Below, one piece after another: positions 10,032 to 19,691 of a DNA stretch of 64,000 bases (positions within the stretch are counted from its first letter, which is position 1; each line of letters starts with the position of its first letter). Location: positions 193,606 to 257,605 of the forward strand of contig JAYFPW010000002.1 of NCBI GenBank assembly GCA_034927475.1, written 5' to 3'. The stretch is from Candidatus Elulimicrobiales bacterium (GTDB taxonomy: Bacteria > Patescibacteriota > Minisyncoccia > Phycocordibacterales > UBA5272). Under the pieces are notes generated by a model. The model was not told the origin of the DNA, ran no database searches, and saw nothing but the letters and a program-made list of their open reading frames with translations. A program made the position numbers and the translations under genes.

Positions 10032-10646
10032 TTATTTGACTTCAAAACTTCTAATCAAATCTTTAGCTGCGGTTTTAAAAGCTTCATTATCAGCTTTTTT
10101 ATTTTCTACAATAGCAAGCCATGGACTTTCATCTGTAGCTTTAACTTCTTGAATATAATATTCAGTGTTAATAGTATCATCAATTATATGTTTAACTACA
10201 ACATCTGAGTTGCCAGCAAATTTAATATCTTCAATAACAACATCTGGATTAGCTTTTTTGAATACTTCATTAATATAATCTTCTGCTGTATAACCTCTTC
10301 CCCCTTCAAAAGTTGTGTAAAGAGTCACAAAATTGTCTTTCTCAGCGTCAAAAAGTTTAAACCAATTTGATTGTGAGCCAACTCCTTGAACAGCTTCTCC
10401 ATCTTTTTTGTATAAGAAAGAAAAGTTTAAAGTATTCTCGCCTTCAAAGTTTACAGATTGTTTTCCTTCAAACTTTGCATAATCATCGCTGTTAGCAATA
10501 TCGACTAATTTTTCGCTATTACCATTCCAGATTTTCAAAGATTTACCTTCTAAACCTCTATAAACTAAAAAGCCAATTAATAAAAGTGCTAGCAGACCAA
10601 TGATCCACCAAAGTGTTTTTTTGCTTTTAAAATCAATCTTTTTCAT
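10032..10646 (-). CDS. Membrane-anchored extracytoplasmic hypothetical protein
   Basis: N-terminal TM after MKKIDFKSKK; C-terminal LIRSFEVK resembles PsbP-like proteins; ATG 10646 preferred. Confidence 0.65.
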   Translation of the reverse strand: MKKIDFKSKKTLWWIIGLLALLLIGFLVYRGLEGKSLKIWNGNSEKLVDIANSDDYAKFEGKQSVNFEGENTLNFSFLYKKDGEAVQGVGSQSNWFKLFDAEKDNFVTLYTTFEGGRGYTAEDYINEVFKKANPDVVIEDIKFAGNSDVVVKHIIDDTINTEYYIQEVKATDESPWLAIVENKKADNEAFKTAAKDLIRSFEVK

Positions 10647-10753
10647 ATATTTTCTATACTTTCGTTTGTATAAAGATAATTCTAGCATATACTATTTTTT
10701 TTGCACTCTTGATTTTTATTGAATTTATTTTATGCTTTTTATTGAAAAATAGC

Positions 10754-11413
10754 CTAATTTTCTATATTCAATTTATAAAATTGTTTCTCTTTTGTATTTT
10801 TTACATACACTGTTGGAAAAAGTTCTATATTTTCTTTAATGCTCATATTTTCAAATAAATTTTGAGCATTTTGAAGTAAAGTATCAAAATCTACAAATAA
10901 ATTTTCTGGTGGACTAAATTTACAAATAGTAATATGACTAGGTAAAGAGAAATCCATATTCGGATTTCCTAAATCTTTAGCTATTTCTTTGTTTAATTTT
11001 TTATCTCCTGACAAAACATAATCTTTATCAGTAAACTTTAATCTTAAAATCAAAATCCTCTCTCTACCAAAAGGAAAAGCATGCCAACTTAATTGTGACC
11101 TATCATCTGGCTTTGGAATTCTTTTTTCTTCATTAAACATTTTTAATTTGTCTAAAGAGTTTTTTAATTTTCCCTTTCCTTCTTCTACAAATTCTCTAAG
11201 TTCACTTTCTTCAATATTTCCCCCACCAATAATTGTAAAGTGAAAAGGTAATCCATCTTCTTTATTTGGAATTATAATATCTTCATATTTAGTTTTTAAT
11301 TTTTTATAAAATTCTCCTAGCTTTTCATTAGTTTTTTTATCAACTTCAAAGAGTAAATTTATTTTTACTTTTAGGTCTTCTTCTAAATTATTTTTAAGAG
11401 AAAGTTCCTCCAT
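10754..11413 (-). CDS. 2H phosphoesterase (LigT / 2'-5' RNA ligase superfamily)
   Basis: Two H-x-T motifs (PFHFTI, PSHITI) about 100 aa apart. Confidence 0.6.
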   Translation of the reverse strand: MEELSLKNNLEEDLKVKINLLFEVDKKTNEKLGEFYKKLKTKYEDIIIPNKEDGLPFHFTIIGGGNIEESELREFVEEGKGKLKNSLDKLKMFNEEKRIPKPDDRSQLSWHAFPFGRERILILRLKFTDKDYVLSGDKKLNKEIAKDLGNPNMDFSLPSHITICKFSPPENLFVDFDTLLQNAQNLFENMSIKENIELFPTVYVKNTKEKQFYKLNIEN

Positions 11414-11417
11414 ATTT

Positions 11418-13442
11418 TTATTTTATCAGTTTATTTTTCAAAGCTGCAATTTCATCTCGAAGTATAGCCGCTGTTTCAAAATCTAAAACTTTCACTGCTT
11501 CCGTCATCTGTTTTTCTTTTAATTTAATTAATTTATTTGGATTTTTCTCAAATAATTTTTTATCAACAGATAACTCAAACTCCACAGATTTTTTGTGTTC
11601 TCTTTTTAATTCTTCGGTTATATCTTTTATATTTTTAACAATAGTTTTCGGAGTGATATTATGTTTTTTATTATACTCAGTTTGAATTTTTCTTCTTCTT
11701 TCAGTTTCTTTAATCGCTCTTTCAAGAGAACCCGTCATTTGATCGGCATAAAGTATAACTCTTCCATCGACATTTCTAGCCGCCCTTCCAATGGTTTGAA
11801 TTAAAGAAGTCTCGCTACGCAAAAATCCTTCTTTATCAGCATCTAAAATACCAATTAAGGTAACCTCGGGAAGATCTAGCCCTTCTCTAAGAAGATTTAC
11901 TCCGACCAAACAATCAAATTCCCCTTTTCGGAGACGTGTCAAAATCTCAATTCTATCTAAAGTTTCCACATCACTATGCAAATATTCAGCTCTAATCTTT
12001 TTACCTTTTAAATAGTCAGCTAAATTTTCCGCCATTTTCTTAGTCAAAGTTGTAGCTAAAACTCTTCTTCCGGCTTTAATTTCTTTTTCAGCTTCTTTTA
12101 TAAAATCAAAAACCTGCCCTTTATATTTTCCTTTCTCCATTACTGGCTTGATTTCTAATTTTGGATCAAGAAGTCCGGTTGGACGAATGATTTGTTCTAC
12201 AACTTTACTAGAATTTTCTTTTTCATAATCAGAAGGTGTAGCTGAAACATAAATTACATCGTTTATTTTTTCTTTAAACTCATCATATTTAAGAGGTCTA
12301 TTATCTTTTGCTGAAGGAAGACGAAATCCAAAATCAACTAAAGTTTGTTTTCTAGCTTGATCACCATTATACATAGCCCGAAGTTGTGGAAGAGTTACAT
12401 GAGACTCATCTATCACTGTCAAAAAATCTCGCCCATTTTTCTTAAAATATTCCAGTAAAGTATCTGGTGCTTCTCCAACTTTTTTACCAGAAAAGTGGCG
12501 ACTATAATTTTCAATTCCCGAACAATAACCAAACTCTTTTATACTGGCTAAATCATACTGTGTTCTTCTTTTCAATCTTTCTATTTCTAAAATCTTGCCC
12601 TCTTTTTCCAATTCTTTTAGTCTGTCTTTTAATTCTGCCTGTATAGTTTTAATCGCTCGCTCTTGAGCTAATTTATCTGAAATAAAATGTTTAGCTGGAA
12701 AAATAAAATAATCTTTTACTTCTTCAAGCTCTCTCATAGAAATTGGATCAGTTACAATAAGTCTCTCTATAACCCCGTTATGTAGCTCTATTTGAAGCAT
12801 ATAAGTTTCACTCATTGGCATAATATCTATTCTATTTCCAATTGTCCTAAAACTTCCAGGAGTAAGATCAGCATTGGTTCTTTTATAATGAACTTCTACA
12901 AACATCTTCATCGATTCAACTTTAGAGATTTTTTGACCAACAAAAAGTTTTTTATTAACTTTCTCGTATTCTATTGGTGAACCTAAACCATAAATACAAG
13001 ATACAGAAGCCACTATTATCACATCATCTCGAGTTAGAAGAGATTGAGTGGAAGCGTGACGAAGTCTATCTATTTCTTCATTTATCTGAGCATCTTTTTC
13101 AATATAGGTGTCTGTAGTTGGGAGATATGCTTCTGGTTGATAATAGTCATAATAAGAAACAAAATAATGTACCGCATTATTTGGAAAAAAAGTTTTGAAT
13201 TCTTGAGCTAGTTGAGCAGCTAAAGTTTTATTGTGAGCTATAACTAAAGTTGGTTTTTGTACTTTCTCTATAACATTTGCAATAGTAAATGTTTTTCCTG
13301 TTCCAGTCGCCCCAAGTAAAGTTAGTTTAGTACTATCGTTTTTCCTCTTTTCAATTCCTTTGACCAATTCCAAAATCGCCTCCGGCTGATCTCCGGCTGG
13401 CTTAAATTTAGAAACAAGTTCAAACTTTTTAGAATTTCTCAT
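11418..13442 (-). CDS. uvrB: Excinuclease ABC subunit B
   Basis: GATGTGKT, YYDYYQPEAY, DESH, C-terminal UVR motif (LDFETAAILRD); ATG 13442 preferred. Confidence 0.98.
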   Translation of the reverse strand: MRNSKKFELVSKFKPAGDQPEAILELVKGIEKRKNDSTKLTLLGATGTGKTFTIANVIEKVQKPTLVIAHNKTLAAQLAQEFKTFFPNNAVHYFVSYYDYYQPEAYLPTTDTYIEKDAQINEEIDRLRHASTQSLLTRDDVIIVASVSCIYGLGSPIEYEKVNKKLFVGQKISKVESMKMFVEVHYKRTNADLTPGSFRTIGNRIDIMPMSETYMLQIELHNGVIERLIVTDPISMRELEEVKDYFIFPAKHFISDKLAQERAIKTIQAELKDRLKELEKEGKILEIERLKRRTQYDLASIKEFGYCSGIENYSRHFSGKKVGEAPDTLLEYFKKNGRDFLTVIDESHVTLPQLRAMYNGDQARKQTLVDFGFRLPSAKDNRPLKYDEFKEKINDVIYVSATPSDYEKENSSKVVEQIIRPTGLLDPKLEIKPVMEKGKYKGQVFDFIKEAEKEIKAGRRVLATTLTKKMAENLADYLKGKKIRAEYLHSDVETLDRIEILTRLRKGEFDCLVGVNLLREGLDLPEVTLIGILDADKEGFLRSETSLIQTIGRAARNVDGRVILYADQMTGSLERAIKETERRRKIQTEYNKKHNITPKTIVKNIKDITEELKREHKKSVEFELSVDKKLFEKNPNKLIKLKEKQMTEAVKVLDFETAAILRDEIAALKNKLIK

Positions 13443-13473
13443 TCCTAAATGATAACAAAATTTAAACAAAAAT

Positions 13474-13497
13474 AAAAAGGAGCTTTTACTCCTTTTT
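13474..13497 (-). terminator. Intrinsic terminator of the 13500-13772 orphan
   Basis: AAAAAGGAG-6 nt-CTCCTTTTT. Confidence 0.7.
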
Positions 13498-13499
13498 AA

Positions 13500-13772
13500 T
13501 TAATTTTCTGAAAGATTTTTGAAAGGTTCTCCCATTATTTGATCTCGGGTATATTTATGACCCTGCGCTCTTCCTGTGTTTAAAATCTCTTGAATAGCGC
13601 CAGCCAACTCTTCAGCCATACCTTTTGGAGAATCTGACCTCACCTCAATTGTAGTCCACCCACGTTTTCCTTCCTTATCTTCTACAAAGAAACGGAAACC
13701 GTTCGACAAAGCTTCACCTTTTATGGTGTATCCACTCCCGATTGTCGGAAGACTTGAAACATATCTGCTCAT
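13500..13772 (-). CDS. Orphan hypothetical protein, 90 aa
   Basis: ORF visibly more GC-rich than neighbours; TTGACT (13835-13830), 17 nt, TAATAT (13812-13807) upstream. Confidence 0.7.
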   Translation of the reverse strand: MSRYVSSLPTIGSGYTIKGEALSNGFRFFVEDKEGKRGWTTIEVRSDSPKGMAEELAGAIQEILNTGRAQGHKYTRDQIMGEPFKNLSEN

Positions 13773-13837
13773 AACTTAAAAATTTTAAAATGTACAATCT
13801 GAGTTAATATTATAACCCTCACAATTAAAAGTCAAAT

Positions 13838-14863
13838 TTATTCCAAAAGATATTTTATTCCAGTTTTTTCAGTCTGGGTCTTTATTTCCTTCACCAATTC
13901 TATTTCTTTTTTTATTTCTCCTGCTTCAGAAATTTCTTTCTTAAATTTAAAATTTACCCCAAGTCCTTTTTTAACATCTTCGTCAAACCACTGATCAAAA
14001 ATATAATTTCCTAGCGAATAATAAATATATTTATCTTTATAAATTTCACTTTCTTCTATTACGTGTGGGTGCCCACCGATTATCATATCCGCTCCAGCAT
14101 CAATCCATTTGTGTGCTAAATATTTTTGATTTTGATTAGAAGTTTTTCTGTATTCAGTTCCCCAATGTGGCACGACTATAACAAAATCCACTTTTTTATC
14201 TTGTTTTAATTTTAAAATTTCATTTTCAATTCTTTCACTATCGTTATCTTTTGTAAATTCATGATAGCCAATATAAGCAATACAAATTTCTTTTTCACAA
14301 ATAGTATTAGACAAACTCTCTATTTGATTATCATTGTATGGATTAGAAAAATATTTTATATTTCCCTTTTCTAAATATATTTTAGTTTCTTGAAAACCTT
14401 GATTATAAAAATTATCTGTATGATTATTAGCTAAAGAAACTACTTTCACATTTAAGAGATTTAAAATTTGCGGAGTAGAAGTAGGAAAAGTAAAAAGTAA
14501 AATAGGATTATATGATCCATCAGCATTTAAAGTTTTAGTTTTGTTTTCTGTAATTGGGCCTTCTAAATTAGCCACTATATAATCATAGTTTTTATTATGT
14601 TCACGAAAATTACCAAGAAAATTATTAACAAAATTTTCTGCACTACCATTTTCATTTACTCTTTTACGAATAAATCTGTCTAACATAATATCTCCGACAA
14701 AAAGAATATCTAATTCACTCTTTTTAGGTTGGGTTAAATTTTCTTTTTGATTATCTATATTGGAAATAGTATATTCTCTAGTAAATTTTTTATTAAAAGC
14801 CAAATAACCAAAAACCCCTAAAATTATAATTAGAAATATTATGAAAAGAGACTTTTCTTTCAT
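13838..14863 (-). CDS. CapA / PGA_cap family metallophosphoesterase
   Basis: VGDIML, NLEG, LANNH, PHWG.EY, GGHPHV, YSLGN; N-terminal TM. Confidence 0.92.
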   Translation of the reverse strand: MKEKSLFIIFLIIILGVFGYLAFNKKFTREYTISNIDNQKENLTQPKKSELDILFVGDIMLDRFIRKRVNENGSAENFVNNFLGNFREHNKNYDYIVANLEGPITENKTKTLNADGSYNPILLFTFPTSTPQILNLLNVKVVSLANNHTDNFYNQGFQETKIYLEKGNIKYFSNPYNDNQIESLSNTICEKEICIAYIGYHEFTKDNDSERIENEILKLKQDKKVDFVIVVPHWGTEYRKTSNQNQKYLAHKWIDAGADMIIGGHPHVIEESEIYKDKYIYYSLGNYIFDQWFDEDVKKGLGVNFKFKKEISEAGEIKKEIELVKEIKTQTEKTGIKYLLE

Positions 14864-14894
14864 AGTTTTAATATATCATTTATCTAAATAAAAT

Positions 14895-15104
14895 CTATTC
14901 TGAAAATTTTTCTAAAAATTCACTAAGCGGACGAACCCAGATCTTTCCAAGATCATTTTCGTATAAAGTTTCATAAATTACCATATCTATGAGATCATAT
15001 TTTTTATCGCTCATTTGGAGTTTGCCTAAAAATAAAACTTTATACTTTTTATTTTTATCTTTATAGTGAAAATATTCTTTTCCTATTTCTACTTTTTGTA
15101 ACAT
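14895..15104 (-). CDS. DUF1653 family protein
   Basis: Y.HYK...Y.V, VIYETLY, WVRP...F; ATG 15104 directly after the tgt stop. Confidence 0.8.
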   Translation of the reverse strand: MLQKVEIGKEYFHYKDKNKKYKVLFLGKLQMSDKKYDLIDMVIYETLYENDLGKIWVRPLSEFLEKFSE

Positions 15105-15105
15105 A

Positions 15106-16554
15106 TCATCTATATCTTTCCAAAACTTCTTTTTTAAATTCAAAAAATTTATCCCCTAAAATACTTTGACGAATATCTTTTACTAAAGAAACAATAAAAT
15201 GAAGATTGTGAAGTGAAGCGATTGTTGCCCCAATCATTTCCTTACTTCTAAAAAGATGAGCTAAATAAGCTTTGGTGTATTTGTGAGCATAGCAAGACGG
15301 ATCCTCACAAACCGGACTCATATCAGTTTTATATTTACTATTAAAAATATTTATTCTTCCATCTTTAGTATAAATAGCTCCATTTCTCGCAAGACGTGTC
15401 GGAGAGACACAATCAAAAGTATCTAGTCCGTTTTCTATCCCATAAAATAAGTCTTCTATTTCACCTATACCTAAAAAGTGTCTCGGTTTATTTTCTGGAA
15501 GATTTTCATTTGTAATTTTTAATATTTTTGTCATATCTTCTTTAGTGAAACTTCCACCAATTCCAAATCCATCAAAATATTTTCCATCCAGATTCATTTC
15601 TCCCAAAACTTGAGCTGAATATTTTCGTAAATCATCATAAGCTCCGCCTTGCACAACAGCATAAAGTGCTTGCCTTTGCCCTGTTGCCCCAGAAACTCCA
15701 AGTTTTTTATGATGTTCCAGACTTCTTTTTGCCCAACGATGAGTTCTTTCTAAAGCTTCTTTTTGATAATCTTTATTAGCAAATGGACTTGTACATTCAT
15801 CAAAAGCGAAAAATATATCAGCTCCTAAATCATGCTGAATTTCCATACTTTTTTCTGGAGTAAAAATATGTTTACTACCATCGAAAACACTTTTAAATTC
15901 CACTCCATTTTCAGAAATTTTTACAAGAGATTTATTGTTATTTTTAAGGTTATTATATTTCTGCCTATCTCTTAAACGATACTTTTTAAAAAACAAAATA
16001 TCAATGATAAAGAAAAAAATAAGAGAAGAAACTGAACCAAGTAAAAAGTTCAAATCTTCACTAAATATTCTTAAAACTCCCCAAAACATAAAAGAAAGAA
16101 AAATTTCTATAAAAAGATACTTATTTCTTTTAAAGAAATCTAAAAGATTAAACTTTTTACTTATATTTTTTTCAATATTTTCATTTGCTAAATCTTCTCT
16201 AGTAGCGATTTTGGAAACTCCTACACCCATCGCAGAACCAAGAGAAAAAACTTGAAACCCTCCAGAATCTGTAAAAGTTGGCCCGACATAATTCATCATC
16301 TTAGCAAAACCGCCATGATTTTTTACAATTTCATTTCCTGGCTCCAAATATAAATGATAAGTATTGGCGAGTATAGCATCTGCTTTTACGAACTCATTAA
16401 AATTTTCTGGAAGAATGCTTTTTATAGTAGCTTTTGTCCCAACAGGAATAAAAGCTGGAGTTTCTATATCTCCGTGTGGCGTGTGAATAATTCCCACTCT
16501 CGCCATAGGTGCTTCTTTAGATTTTTTCTTTATTTCAAATGAAAACTCTTTCAT
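15106..16554 (-). CDS. tgt: tRNA-guanine transglycosylase with large hydrophobic insertion
   Basis: ETPAFIPVGT, NTYHL, TDSGGFQVFSL, AFDEC, VQGG, DTFDCVSPTR, LHNL. Confidence 0.95.
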   Translation of the reverse strand: MKEFSFEIKKKSKEAPMARVGIIHTPHGDIETPAFIPVGTKATIKSILPENFNEFVKADAILANTYHLYLEPGNEIVKNHGGFAKMMNYVGPTFTDSGGFQVFSLGSAMGVGVSKIATREDLANENIEKNISKKFNLLDFFKRNKYLFIEIFLSFMFWGVLRIFSEDLNFLLGSVSSLIFFFIIDILFFKKYRLRDRQKYNNLKNNNKSLVKISENGVEFKSVFDGSKHIFTPEKSMEIQHDLGADIFFAFDECTSPFANKDYQKEALERTHRWAKRSLEHHKKLGVSGATGQRQALYAVVQGGAYDDLRKYSAQVLGEMNLDGKYFDGFGIGGSFTKEDMTKILKITNENLPENKPRHFLGIGEIEDLFYGIENGLDTFDCVSPTRLARNGAIYTKDGRINIFNSKYKTDMSPVCEDPSCYAHKYTKAYLAHLFRSKEMIGATIASLHNLHFIVSLVKDIRQSILGDKFFEFKKEVLERYR

Positions 16555-16559
16555 AAAAA

Positions 16560-17603
16560 CTAAAACCTTAAAATTTCTTCACATTTAGCAATAATATTTC
16601 TCGGAGATAAATCATCTTCTAAACCCATTCTTTCTACTTTTATATTTAAATGACTAGGATTTTGAGAGACTATTTCTGAAACCAAACTTCCCATACCTCC
16701 AACTTTAGAATGTTCTTCTATTGTTAAAATATTTTTATGTCTATCAGCAAAATTGCTAATAAAATTAGTTATTTTTTCATTTTTGGTTTCACTATTTGAA
16801 GAAATTAAAGACATATTTAAAACTGTAACCATATAACCCATATCTTCCAATTCTTTTGCCGCCTGAAGAGCGTTGTAAAGAATTGGTCCATAAGCGATAA
16901 TTCCTACCTGAAAAGCTGCTTCTAAGTTTTTAGAAATATAAACTACCTCTGGCAAACCAGTCCACTCTTTTATGTTTCCATCTATTTCAAAATACTCATC
17001 AGCAAAAATTTTTGGAGAGCTTTCACTGAAAATTCTAAAATAAGAAAAATCATTCCTGCTATTCTTGAAAAATCCCTTTTCAACAACTTTTAATAAATAA
17101 CTAGCTTCAGATGCATCCGCAGGAGCAAAAATATTTACACCTCCCAGATTCCTTAAAATTGCCACGTCGTTTTTAATTTCAGAATTATCTAAATAAAGTG
17201 CTTCAGCTAATTCATTTTCTCGATGAATACGAGGAGATTGCATATTTAAAAGAGTGAGATTAACCTCCTTTTCTTTATTGTGTATAAATTTAAAAATGGT
17301 TTTTGAAAGACCGTTGTAGAGTTTAAAGAAATTATCCATTAATCCTGTATGAGAATTTTTTAGATTTTCATTAAAAGCTTCGTTGATTAGAAAAACATTT
17401 TTATTTTGATTTTTTGAAATAATTGAAGAAATTTGCACAGCTTCCTCAGCTGGAAAAATATGATCTGTGTCCCCCATCGCTTCTTCTAAATTATCAACTT
17501 TGAAAATTAAATTGTTATCATCATTAAAATCGGCCAAAGTGAAAAAGATTTTTTCTACTTGATTTTGAAATTCTTCTTCTTTAAATAAATTATTAGTTAA
17601 CAT
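16560..17603 (-). CDS. Degenerate transketolase C-terminal subunit-like protein
   Basis: APADASEA, YFRI, IIAYG...ALQAAKEL, TIEEHSKVGGMGS; GEDGxTHQ motif absent. Confidence 0.75.
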   Translation of the reverse strand: MLTNNLFKEEEFQNQVEKIFFTLADFNDDNNLIFKVDNLEEAMGDTDHIFPAEEAVQISSIISKNQNKNVFLINEAFNENLKNSHTGLMDNFFKLYNGLSKTIFKFIHNKEKEVNLTLLNMQSPRIHRENELAEALYLDNSEIKNDVAILRNLGGVNIFAPADASEASYLLKVVEKGFFKNSRNDFSYFRIFSESSPKIFADEYFEIDGNIKEWTGLPEVVYISKNLEAAFQVGIIAYGPILYNALQAAKELEDMGYMVTVLNMSLISSNSETKNEKITNFISNFADRHKNILTIEEHSKVGGMGSLVSEIVSQNPSHLNIKVERMGLEDDLSPRNIIAKCEEILRF

Positions 17604-17608
17604 AGATT

Positions 17609-18271
17609 TTAATTTAAATTAGCTAAAATTATTGAAGGTTTTTTGAGATCTTTAGCATAATAAACAGCTTCACAAACAGAAGCAGGACTAAGCCCATTAA
17701 TTACTAATGTATCAAAACCTAAATTAATTAATTTTCCATTTAGTTTATTTTCTTTATTGATTTCAGTATTTACTGATTTAGTATAAGCAATAATAATAAC
17801 TCTTCGCATATTATTTTTTTGTATAAATTCTAATGCGGAAAAATTATTTAAAAGATCTAATTCGCTGACAACAATATAGTAAAATCTTTCATGTTTATCT
17901 CCAGAATCTCTAGCGGCTGTATAATAACCAATTGCTTCACCAAAACTATTTTCGACTTTTAGAAAAGTGTTTTTAGTAATATAGTTTTTTAAATTAGAAA
18001 ACTCATCGTACCCAGCATGGACTTTCACTACACTTTCTACTATATTTGCATAATTATTCGTAGAAAAAATGTCATCTTTATTTTTCCAATTTGGAACTTT
18101 TGGATCATGATTAATAGCTTTAAAATATAGTCCAGTAAAAATACCTGAAAGACTTTTGAGATTTCTTAAAGCCTTCTCACCAAAAGAAGAAAAAACATTA
18201 TCTATGGTGATTTCAACATCTTGCTGTACTAAAGCAAGCGCATCTTTTTCGTCTTTCGTTAAAGTCTTCAT
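17609..18271 (-). CDS. Degenerate transketolase N-terminal subunit-like protein
   Basis: LYF.AINHDPKVPNWKNKD and INGL...KKPSIILA fit the TK N subunit; GH, KGH and GDGE motifs absent. Confidence 0.65.
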   Translation of the reverse strand: MKTLTKDEKDALALVQQDVEITIDNVFSSFGEKALRNLKSLSGIFTGLYFKAINHDPKVPNWKNKDDIFSTNNYANIVESVVKVHAGYDEFSNLKNYITKNTFLKVENSFGEAIGYYTAARDSGDKHERFYYIVVSELDLLNNFSALEFIQKNNMRRVIIIAYTKSVNTEINKENKLNGKLINLGFDTLVINGLSPASVCEAVYYAKDLKKPSIILANLN

Positions 18272-18301
18272 ATGAGTCCATTATATCACAGACAAAAAAT
18301 T

Positions 18302-19012
18302 TTAGTTTTGCCTTATTTTTTTAAGATTGGATACAAAATTTACCCCATCTAAATCTTTCATTAAATATGAACCGACTACAAATTTGTCAGCACCGGCTTT
18401 TTTAGCAAGAGAGATAGTATCTTTATTCATAGAACCATCAACTTGAATCGATAAATCTTTATAATTTAAACCTTTTCTAAAAAATCTTATTAACTCTAAA
18501 GCTTTTTCGCTAAATTCTTGTCCTTGTGAACCTATTTTATCAATACCCATAATTTGTAAATCAACATCTTCATATTTGTATAATATGGATAAAACTTCTT
18601 CCCTATTTTTGTCTAAAAAATTTATCTTTGCTGTGACAAAGATTTTAATAAAATCTTTTTTTGCCTTATTTAAAATCTTTTCTAAATCTTTAGAAAATAA
18701 AATTTCTTCTAAATGTATCACAAGACTTTTCGGTTGGAATGATTCGAGTTCTAAAAAGAATTTCATTTGATCTTCACACATTAAATGGTAACCAATATTG
18801 AAATATTTTCGAAAAGAATTTAAAATTTTTATTTCTTCTTTATTAAAAGAATTTGGCAACCAAGTTTTATTTTCTACAAATTTACCGTCACATAAATCTA
18901 TTTGTACAGCTTTAAAATCAATTCTATATTTATCTTCTATGGAAGCTAAAAATTCTAATTTATTCTTGATTTCTTCAAAATCTTTTTCTAAAATTGCGGG
19001 AACTATTTCCAT
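18302..19012 (-). CDS. rpe: Ribulose-phosphate 3-epimerase (divergent)
   Basis: IVPAIL, QIDLCDGKFV, HLM, QVDG, GADKFVVGS. Confidence 0.85.
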   Translation of the reverse strand: MEIVPAILEKDFEEIKNKLEFLASIEDKYRIDFKAVQIDLCDGKFVENKTWLPNSFNKEEIKILNSFRKYFNIGYHLMCEDQMKFFLELESFQPKSLVIHLEEILFSKDLEKILNKAKKDFIKIFVTAKINFLDKNREEVLSILYKYEDVDLQIMGIDKIGSQGQEFSEKALELIRFFRKGLNYKDLSIQVDGSMNKDTISLAKKAGADKFVVGSYLMKDLDGVNFVSNLKKIRQN

Positions 19013-19014
19013 AA

Positions 19015-19623
19015 TTAATTATCAGAAGCTTCACTTCTTATTGATTCCAACATTTGTAATTCTTCTAATTCTCTTTTAGTTATTTTTGTATCTATGTTTT
19101 CTTCCAAATCTTCTATTTGTTCTACTCTACGTTCATGTCTAGTTACAGTTTCTTTATCAGCTTCATCAAACTTAGTAAGAATAAAAGTTCTTACAGCTTC
19201 TTTTACAAATTCTTCTCCTACAAATCTTGCTCCAAAAGAAATAATATTAGCATTATTATGTTCTCTTAAAAGCTTTACCAATTCTAGATTTTCACTATTT
19301 ATAACTCCAGCTCGAATGCCTTTGTATTTTCCAGCGACAATGGCTTCACCTTCTCCAGAGCCTCCAAATACAATACCAAATCCATTTTTTTTACCAGTAT
19401 AAATGTCCGCTGAAAGAGCTCCGGCACAAGCTGAAATATATTTTGGATAATCATCATTTTCATCATAAGTGTAAGCCCCAAAATCTACTATGTCAACATT
19501 TGAAATAAGTTGTCCACCCTTCTCTAATTCTTTTTGGATTTCATCTTTTTCAATTTCCAAAAATAGCTTTACAGCTTCTTTCATTTCAAATCCAGCATGG
19601 TCTGTTGCTAAATATATTTTCAT
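19015..19623 (-). CDS. rpiB: Ribose-5-phosphate isomerase B
   Basis: ATDHAG, DDYP, GGSGEGE, REHNNAN, RHERRV. Confidence 0.92.
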   Translation of the reverse strand: MKIYLATDHAGFEMKEAVKLFLEIEKDEIQKELEKGGQLISNVDIVDFGAYTYDENDDYPKYISACAGALSADIYTGKKNGFGIVFGGSGEGEAIVAGKYKGIRAGVINSENLELVKLLREHNNANIISFGARFVGEEFVKEAVRTFILTKFDEADKETVTRHERRVEQIEDLEENIDTKITKRELEELQMLESIRSEASDN

Positions 19624-19640
19624 ATTCTTATTATACTATA

Positions 19641-19675
19641 AAATAAAACCCTATTTTATTGATAAGGTTTTATTT
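19641..19675 (-). terminator. Probable terminator of nrdJ
   Basis: AAATAAAACC...GGTTTTATTT inverted repeat. Confidence 0.55.
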
Positions 19676-19691
19676 TATTTAAAATTATAAA

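Noticed and set aside
15104-15108. TGA recoding (genetic code 25) or tgt readthrough
   Set aside because: Long conserved genes are intact under code 11 with no internal TGA; the tgt TGA falls at the normal C-terminus and is followed immediately by the next ATG.
15931-16240. Intein or intron in tgt
   Set aside because: No C/S...HN-C/S/T intein ends and no group I/II intron features; the insert is short, in frame and hydrophobic.
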